DNA from: the human T2T-CHM13v2.0 reference genome, Homo sapiens
Direction: 5' to 3' (one strand)
DNA: 64,000 nucleotides
Assembly (NCBI RefSeq): GCF_009914755.1
Contig: NC_060928.1
Part shown: piece after piece, positions 55,985-64,000 of the stretch
Position numbering within the stretch: position 1 is the first letter of the stretch
How the letters are laid out: each line of letters opens with the position of its first letter
The notes under the pieces: model-generated
Database searches by the model: none
What the model saw: only the letters and a program-made list of their open reading frames with translations
What the model was told of the DNA's origin: nothing
Position numbers and translations under genes: made by a program

Positions 55985-56150
55985 TCATCACCTCTTATAT
56001 GTATTTGCACTTAAACCATTCTATATGCATTCATTTAATATTAATAAATCTATGAAGTCAATGTCACTATTATATATTTTTACAGATGAGAAAAATAACA
56101 TATAGAAAGGTTAAATAACTTCCCAAAGGTTACATGTTGGTAAATTACCA
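55985..56150 (-). mobile_element. MIR
   Basis: TTTTACAGATGAGAAAA..AGAAAGGTTAAATAACTTCCCAAAGGTTACA. Confidence 0.8.
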
Positions 56151-57129
56151 AGATTAATGAAGATATGTCAAATGAATGGAAATGGCTCTCATGCCAATCT
56201 TCCTGATCATTCTCCTCAATTACAACTGTTATTCTAGTTCAAATTGTTGTTACCTCCATCCAAGAATTTTACAACCAGCTCCTACTGGAAGTCTGACTCT
56301 CAGATTTACCTTCTGCTAATCATTATTCAACAGAAACTCCAGACCAATATTCTTACGTCGCAAATGTTATTTTTGCTACTCCTAACTACTCATTTTGATG
56401 GCTCTTCACTGCTCACATTGTTTATTTGAAGTGTGGTGCCCTGGTATTACAGGCCTACATGCATATTTTCCCTGTAGTTTCCACAGTCTATTCTTTTGGG
56501 GACAAATACTTAGTTTATGTTTGACCCAACGAGGTTAATGTTTCCACAGATATAAAGCAAGAAGAATACGTTATAGTAAATATAAATTGTACAAAACAAA
56601 TTTCACATTGTTTTTCTAAATATTAAATGTTATTAGTTTTATGACATTCCATGTACATAAGGATAAATGTGAGATAAGTATTTTAAATTTTAATTGTAAG
56701 ACATATTAATAAAAAAGGCATTTATGAAGTATTTATTAATTAAGTAGCACACTTCTGCTCATCTGTGTTGAACATCAGGAACAGGAGATGGGAAGAGTGA
56801 GTTAAGTGAGTGTTAGTTTGTTACTATTATGCTGATTTCCAGAAGTACAGACATTGACTGAATGTAGGAACTCAATTAATAGCAATATCTGTAGGTTTTC
56901 TTCTATTTCATATGTTTTTCAAGAATAAAAAATACATTTATGTCAGTGATTTTTTCCTTTATTGGGATATTAAAGAATCTTCAAGGATTATTACAGTTGG
57001 ATTAAAACAATATTTTTAAAAATCACCTATCTTCATAAAAATGTGAAAATATGTAAGATCTCAATAGTTACAGCATGTCTTAGTACATTTTGGTGGCTAT
57101 ATAAAAAAACCTTACACTAGGCAATTTTC

Positions 57130-57430
<301 letters not shown>

Positions 57431-57636
57431 TAGGTAATTGTTAAACAACAGACATGTATTGCTTATAATTCTGGAGATTGGGAAGTCCAAAATCAAGGCA
57501 TCAGCAGATTCGGTGTCTGGTGAGGGCTCCTTTCTCATAGATGTCACCTTCTTACTGTGTCCTCACATGGTAGGAGGGAAGAGGGCAAACAAACAGCCCC
57601 AGGACGTTGCTTTGTAAGAGCACTAATTCCATTTTT

Positions 57637-57944
<308 letters not shown>

Positions 57945-58379
57945 CTAATTCCATTTTTGAAGGCTCTGCCCTCATGACCTAATCACCTCCCAAAGACCCC
58001 ACTTTCTAATATTATCACCCTGGTAATTAGGTATCAACATATGAATTCTGAGGTGGGGTAATACATTCAGACCATACCACAGTGTTATTTCTATGAGAAG
58101 CATGCATCTTTAATTCCCTGCCATCTTGAAGAGTATTCTGAATCTTAGTGTAAATAGTGGGCTGTGTATAAAACCACTACCAATATCATATCACCACTCA
58201 CCCCAATCCTAGAATGTGAGATCTAATGAGAGCTATTGTTTTTATAGTCTTATTTGCTCTCATAATACTAAGTTGAATTTTAAACAGTGTATATCAATAA
58301 GTATATTTCTATGAAGATAGAAAAGTACATCAAGAATGATTGTTGCAATGAACTACTTGTACAAATGGCATTTAAAACA

Positions 58380-59140
58380 CACTTGGAAGGGTGAAGAGAG
58401 TGGCTGTGGCTCAGTTGCTTCTTGAGATGACTGTTGCCTGGACTCAACCTTGACGGACAGGAGAAAGTGAGGAGGAGTTGTCAGAGTTATGAGTGAGGTT
58501 GGAGGAAGTCAAGGTGGATTCCTCATAAAGAAGAGCACTGTGCCCCTAAAGAGACAGACACCATGAGAAACACTGTGACGTTGGACATCTACATTTCATT
58601 ATTTTAAAATGAAAAAAATAGCATGAGACAATGGGAAAATGATAAGCCAAGTTTAATTTTTAAAAAAAGCTTTTCATGTCATGCTAAATAGCTTAGATTT
58701 TAAAACAGAGTGATAAAAACTTCGATGATTTTAACTTGATAATCAATACTATACTTTAAAAAATCACTTTGGTGACAGAGGAGCCATTCATCACCTAAGA
58801 TTGGGTATATAGCAGCCAAATATGTCTAAGTGAGACAGAAGAAAAAAAAAACGAGAGAGAGAGAGATTCTAAACTTGGCAGAGGACAGCTAAGATGGTGA
58901 GAAGGATTTGAAAGACAGGAAAAATATAGCATTGACAGAATATGGGAACCTCATAAATGTTACTCAGGGGAGGCTGAGGAGTCAAAATGCCATCAGGGAG
59001 TTCTGACTTAGGTTGGGTCAATGGTGGTGTAATATTTTGAAAATGGGAATATGGAAGTAGAATTAGGCTTCAGGAGAAAAACATTAATGTATGGGCACAT
59101 TATTATCCTAATGTTGAGGTCTAAGGGTAGGAAATTTTTT
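58380..59140 (-). mobile_element. L2 fragments
   Basis: Purine-rich reverse L2 text (GCTAAATAGCTTAGATTTT, AAAAATCACTTTGG, GAGGAGTCAAAATG). Confidence 0.55.
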
Positions 59141-61128
59141 TGGGAATGACTTGAAGGAGAGAAAAGGATTAAAAAGAAATTAACTTTTCTTGCTCACAGA
59201 TACTTCCCAGGTAATCTTACAGTTTTTCCCAATTGTTAAAACTTTTATGTTAACACCTGTACTTTTACTCATAAGTAAACTGAGGCTTAAAAGGAATACA
59301 TAATTCAGCCCTAATCACACAAATCGAAGGTCAAAACTTAGGAGTCAAACACAGTTCATTGTGGCAAAACAAAACAAAACAAGCCAAAAACCTTTCAACT
59401 ATACCTGGAGGCAGAAATTGAAACATTACCTAGGTAGCTTAATGTGATTTACAAATCTGGAATCTTGGTTATTCATCCATTTAGAATAAATCTTGGTGTA
59501 AAATCATGCAGAAATCTCTCAGGGACCCTTAATCATGTCTCTCACACTAATTTTCTTTTCTTTTCCTAGTTTCTGTTAAATTATTATGCAAACAAATTTA
59601 TTCAAATGCATTTTTCGAGAGCAGAAGAGGGGTCTGGGATTGCATGTACTTCAGTTTGAAAGATAATTGTATCTCATAGTGAAAATGTCTTCACTTGTAA
59701 ATCAGAATGATTAGAAAAAATTAAAGATACTTAAACTGTCATGTAAGAATGTACAAATAAAAGAAAAGAAAATTCACCTAAAATTATTCGTTTTAACCTG
59801 GACATTGTGTTTAAGTGATGGCTAGAATAACAACATTTAAATTACAAAATGTGTTTAATATCCGAAAATGCCCATGTTACACTGCAAAGTGGAATGTTAT
59901 AATTTAAAAAGAGCATGATAGACATAATCTAAATGAGTTTCATTCGGTCAAATACAAATGAATTTAGACTAGCTAAGCCTTTGTCATGAATTTTTGGGGA
60001 GAGTTTATAATGTACTATTAAGAAAGAATTGTTTGTTTCAATTTGTCTTGGGTTAAACATAATACAGGAAGATAAACATTGAGTTATAGCAGGAGATTTC
60101 CATTTCTGAGAAGTTTTATTTTTGTTTCAATTTATATGTAAATTTACACTTAAAGAAACATACATTTATAAACAACAACATGAAAAGTTTAATATGAACT
60201 TCAAATGCAAGTTTATGCAGAAAGATATTCATATACCAAATAAAAACAAAATACTTGAAATAAGACTTTAAATTCTTCGAAGAATGTATTATGGATAACT
60301 GAACGTGTGGAAATGGCTAAGCATAAAAGCTTTGCAATCACCTTTTACATAATTTATTAATTAGAGTTCACATTACAATGTGCATGCATGTTACACTCCA
60401 GGCGTATAAAGGTATGAATGCTGAAAACCTTAATAAATATCAGTTTTTGACACTAGTTACCACATTAATGTATTTTACAGGCATCATTTCATTTTATTGC
60501 AGTCTAAAATTTGATGTTCTCTGAGTTGAAAGCAAACTATCTTGACCAACATGGCAGCCTTTGTTTATCCCACGGTCAAACTAGTTACTATAATTCTCTC
60601 CATCTTTCTTCATCCACTGCTATTGTTCTTTTAGCTTGATTTGATATTTTCTTAAAGCTTTTCAGATTTATTTTAATTAACATCATTCTTTTTTCAAAAT
60701 GATAGACTGGACCTAGATTACCAGCAGGACACTGAGAATTTTAGGAAAACCAACTGTCATGTTTAGAGTTCATAGTCCTTTTTGTCAAGACAATGTACAA
60801 AATGAGAAATAAGTGTTTTAAGAGAGAATAAAAAGCTATAGAAACTATATCACATTCAGATTATAAAACATTTTATTTATTGCATTCTGCTTTATAGAAG
60901 ATTTTGTTTAATTTAACTAGACAGTAATTGGGACTGAAATATTTATATTACTCATTATTTTAGAGGTCAGATAAGTTGTCCTATTGAGCACAAGATTCTC
61001 TAAGCCCTGCAGTAGTTTTGGCCTGCTCAGAATTTAGTCAAGAAAAAGATGAAGATAAGGTAGTCAAGAAAAAGACCAGTCCTGAAGACATCTTGTGTCT
61101 CAATGTCCAACTTAATGAGTGTGGAAGC

Positions 61129-61170
<42 letters not shown>
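61129..61170. repeat. (TCTA)n / GATA-type tetranucleotide STR, about 10 units
   Basis: Directly visible. Confidence 0.96.
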
Positions 61171-61544
61171 CAAATATCTATCTATCATTTTTGTACCTAC
61201 CTGTCTCCTAATCTTCTCTCCTCATTGCATCATCTTTTGGAATTCTGTCAATCAAGACCTGTGCAGCCTACTCTAACTTGTGATATTTGACCCTACCATT
61301 TATCTATTTATTTTGGTTTGGTTTTAGGTATTTTATTCTGTGATCTCAAGGGCACAGATATATCAGAAATTAAATGTAAGGGTTCCCTCTGGGTCAGGGT
61401 CTCTAGTAATCTTTGTCTAAGATGTTACTTAATCAGCCAATTTACTATGATGAAGAGGCTATAAAGATTAGCAAAATCGTAAGAATCCCAACTGTTTCTG
61501 CACAATCATAGACCTATAGAAAGAAGAAATCAAACTCTCTAGAC

Positions 61545-62010
61545 TTGAACATAAAAAATATTTGATACCATAATGTTCTCCATGATCTGGACCTTACCTC
61601 TCCACCCCAACAATTCCCTATCACTTTCACTTGTGACCGCCAAACTCACCACACACTAGACACATCTGCTTTCCCTTTGTTGGCCGATATGCATGAACTC
61701 ACTCTCCCTTAGTGTCCTCTGTCTTGAAAGCATCTCCTAGATCTTCAGAAGACTGGCTTATCCTTGTCATTCAGGTTTTGCCATACATATAACACCTCCC
61801 TCCACTAGCAGAATGTTTTTTTTTCTGACATGACCTCCAAATCTAGTGTAGTATTCAATAATTCTCAATTCCATCATCTTGTTTTATTTTCATGCTAGCA
61901 TATTTTCCTATGTTTTATTTTATTTTCTCTATCCCCTGCCATCCAAATAGAATTCAGTACCTAATCAGTACTTGGCCTGTTTTAGTTGCTCAGAAAATTG
62001 ATTGAATGCA
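61545..62010 (+). mobile_element. L2 3' region
   Basis: CTCCATGATCTGGACC..CCTTGTCATTCAGGT..GTTGCTCAGAAAATTGATTGAATG. Confidence 0.7.
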
Positions 62011-63094
62011 TAGACTTAGTTAGCAAATATAAAATAAAGGGATAGTATTTAAACTCAAACTTGACAATTGGCATTTTCCAACGTTTTATGCATTTTAAAA
62101 CATTTTATAAGAACAAAGAAAATGTATAATACCACCTAGCCACACATAATCCTTACAAGGCATTAGCAAATGGAAAGAAATATAGAAAAAAATAATGACA
62201 AAATCTAATTGAATAGCAGCTCACTACAGCTGTTGCTCAGCACAACTTCAATTTTATTAGATTATCCTCTTTTCGGTGTTCCCGACACATTACAATGACT
62301 CACCATCAGACCCCAAAGCTGGGATCCCATGTGTCCTGTTTCTAATTATATTTTGGTAATGCTGTTATCTCCACTTAATTTCACTACTTCACCTACCAGA
62401 AGCTAAATCAAATGAAAGGATTCCAATTTAGAAACAACTTTCCAAAAAGAAAAGGAAGAGTTTCTAGCTATTTGTACATGTAGACTGTTTCCACATGATA
62501 ATATCAGAATTATTTACAAATTCACTGTTGCTTGTCAGTGAAAAAGTAGGGGATTGAGACAATAAAGCAATGGTTCACAGAGCAAGAGGGAAAGTGGGAG
62601 ACGGTTGACAGAGCTAGAAATGATGTTCTCACCACCTCATTTCTTGCAAGAATGAATCAATAGAAGAAACATATGGGATTTGTCTCTGTGTTGAGTATTT
62701 CCACATGGTAATGTCAAGTCCTGTAAACACACAAGCAACATGCCTTTGAAGATCAAAAGAAGCCAAGCAAAAAAGCAACTTAGTAGGAATTGGCATTCTA
62801 GTCATAAGGAGTCTGTCCATCCTTTCTGAATTCCTTTTCTTCATTTATTCCCTACAATCCACAGTTCACCAACGTCATTTCCTGTCGTGTGATTCTGTGG
62901 TGTCTGGATAAACTATATTACAGTTTCTGGAGAAAGAGTCTCCTGTTTACACATCTTCGTATCACAAACAACAGCTGATGGTTTTACACAATTAAATACT
63001 GATGGACCTAATTACCACATAGTATTAGTTGATTAGAGTCATGGCATTTCTTACATTATCTTGGTAGAAAGAAAAACACATATGAAGCATTTTG

Positions 63095-63325
63095 TTTATT
63101 CCTACATTCAATAAATTGATATTAAACTTCTCTTGTGTGCCAGGGACAGATATAAGCACTAGAGATATAGTATCAAACAAAACAAACAAAAACCCTTGCA
63201 TTCCTGGAGCTCATACTCTAGTTTAAAAGGAGAGACAATAAATAAAATAAATAAATAAACCGTATAATACAGTACATGGTCATAGAGTCACTGAAACAAA
63301 ATAAAGCAGAGAAGGGGATGGGATT
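63095..63325 (-). mobile_element. L2a 3' end
   Basis: CATTCAATAAATTGATATT..TGTGTGCCAGG..CCTGGAGCTCATACTCTAGT. Confidence 0.75.
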
Positions 63326-64000
63326 GCACTTGGGTTGTAATTCTACTTCAGGGTCTTTCTGTTTGCTTGCTTGTTTCACCTATGCAGACTTCTTTTATTA
63401 ACCTCCAAAAGACTACATGTACTTTCCTAAAGTACTAAAAGAGGTTAATGAAGCTGCAAACCCAATTAATTATTGATTCCTTCAAGGCAAAGACAAATGT
63501 CACTAACAATTTTTTGTGCTGCGAGTCCGTTTGTGTGCGTTTGATGCTTGAGGAGATGGTATACCACTTATACCTCAACTACGTATTGATCTTTGGCTGG
63601 AAAAATTCACATATAATTTTATCAGTGCAAGTAATCATTTTTTATTTTTCATTTATTATTCAAAGCCATGGCATGCGTTGATCATCCATGATACCAGCAT
63701 TAATACGTGACAAATAAGAGTTAATTCCTCAAAGCATCATTTTTCTGTCTTCCCACCAAAAATAGCACTGTCAACTCCAGCTCTTCTAACAGAGAAAGTA
63801 GATTTTTTTCTATAAAATATGCAAATCTGTGCCATGGAAATCTATTCACACATATTATAAACTTAAGAAGCATTAATAGTCAAGAAAAAATGAAAAAAAA
63901 ATAGAATTTTTAATATCAGGTCAAGGGCATACAAGTATATTATCCTCGTTGTCTAGAGTGGAGGGACTTCAAGGCCTGTGATGATCTGAGCCATCTCTCT

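Overview
AT-rich primate genomic DNA, almost certainly human because it carries two AluYb8 copies (a human-specific subfamily). It looks intergenic or deep-intronic. I can support no protein-coding gene, RNA gene, CpG island or CRISPR array, and the supplied ORFs are chance frames in Alus, LTRs, L1s and microsatellites. Much of the window is interspersed repeat: Alus of J, S and Y ages, old L1 and L2, MIR, MaLR LTRs (MLT1, MST, THE1), ERV1 LTRs and Tigger-type MITEs. Two very decayed ERVL proviruses lie head-to-tail at about 24.1-32.1 kb and 33.9-40.2 kb. The most unusual structures are local copying scars: a 162-bp segment copied into an MLT1A LTR from 3 kb away, a 322-bp direct repeat 2.5 kb apart (both pairs about 96% identical by my count), a fold-back hairpin at 13.1 kb and a patchwork of Alu and L1 pieces at 24.8-25.3 kb. 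There is also an unidentified insert with a Cys/His-rich frame at 9.4-9.7 kb and a candidate 81-nt minus-strand exon at 4.4 kb. Repeat subfamily calls come from remembered consensus sequences and their boundaries are approximate. I found no evidence for a novel multi-gene biological system.
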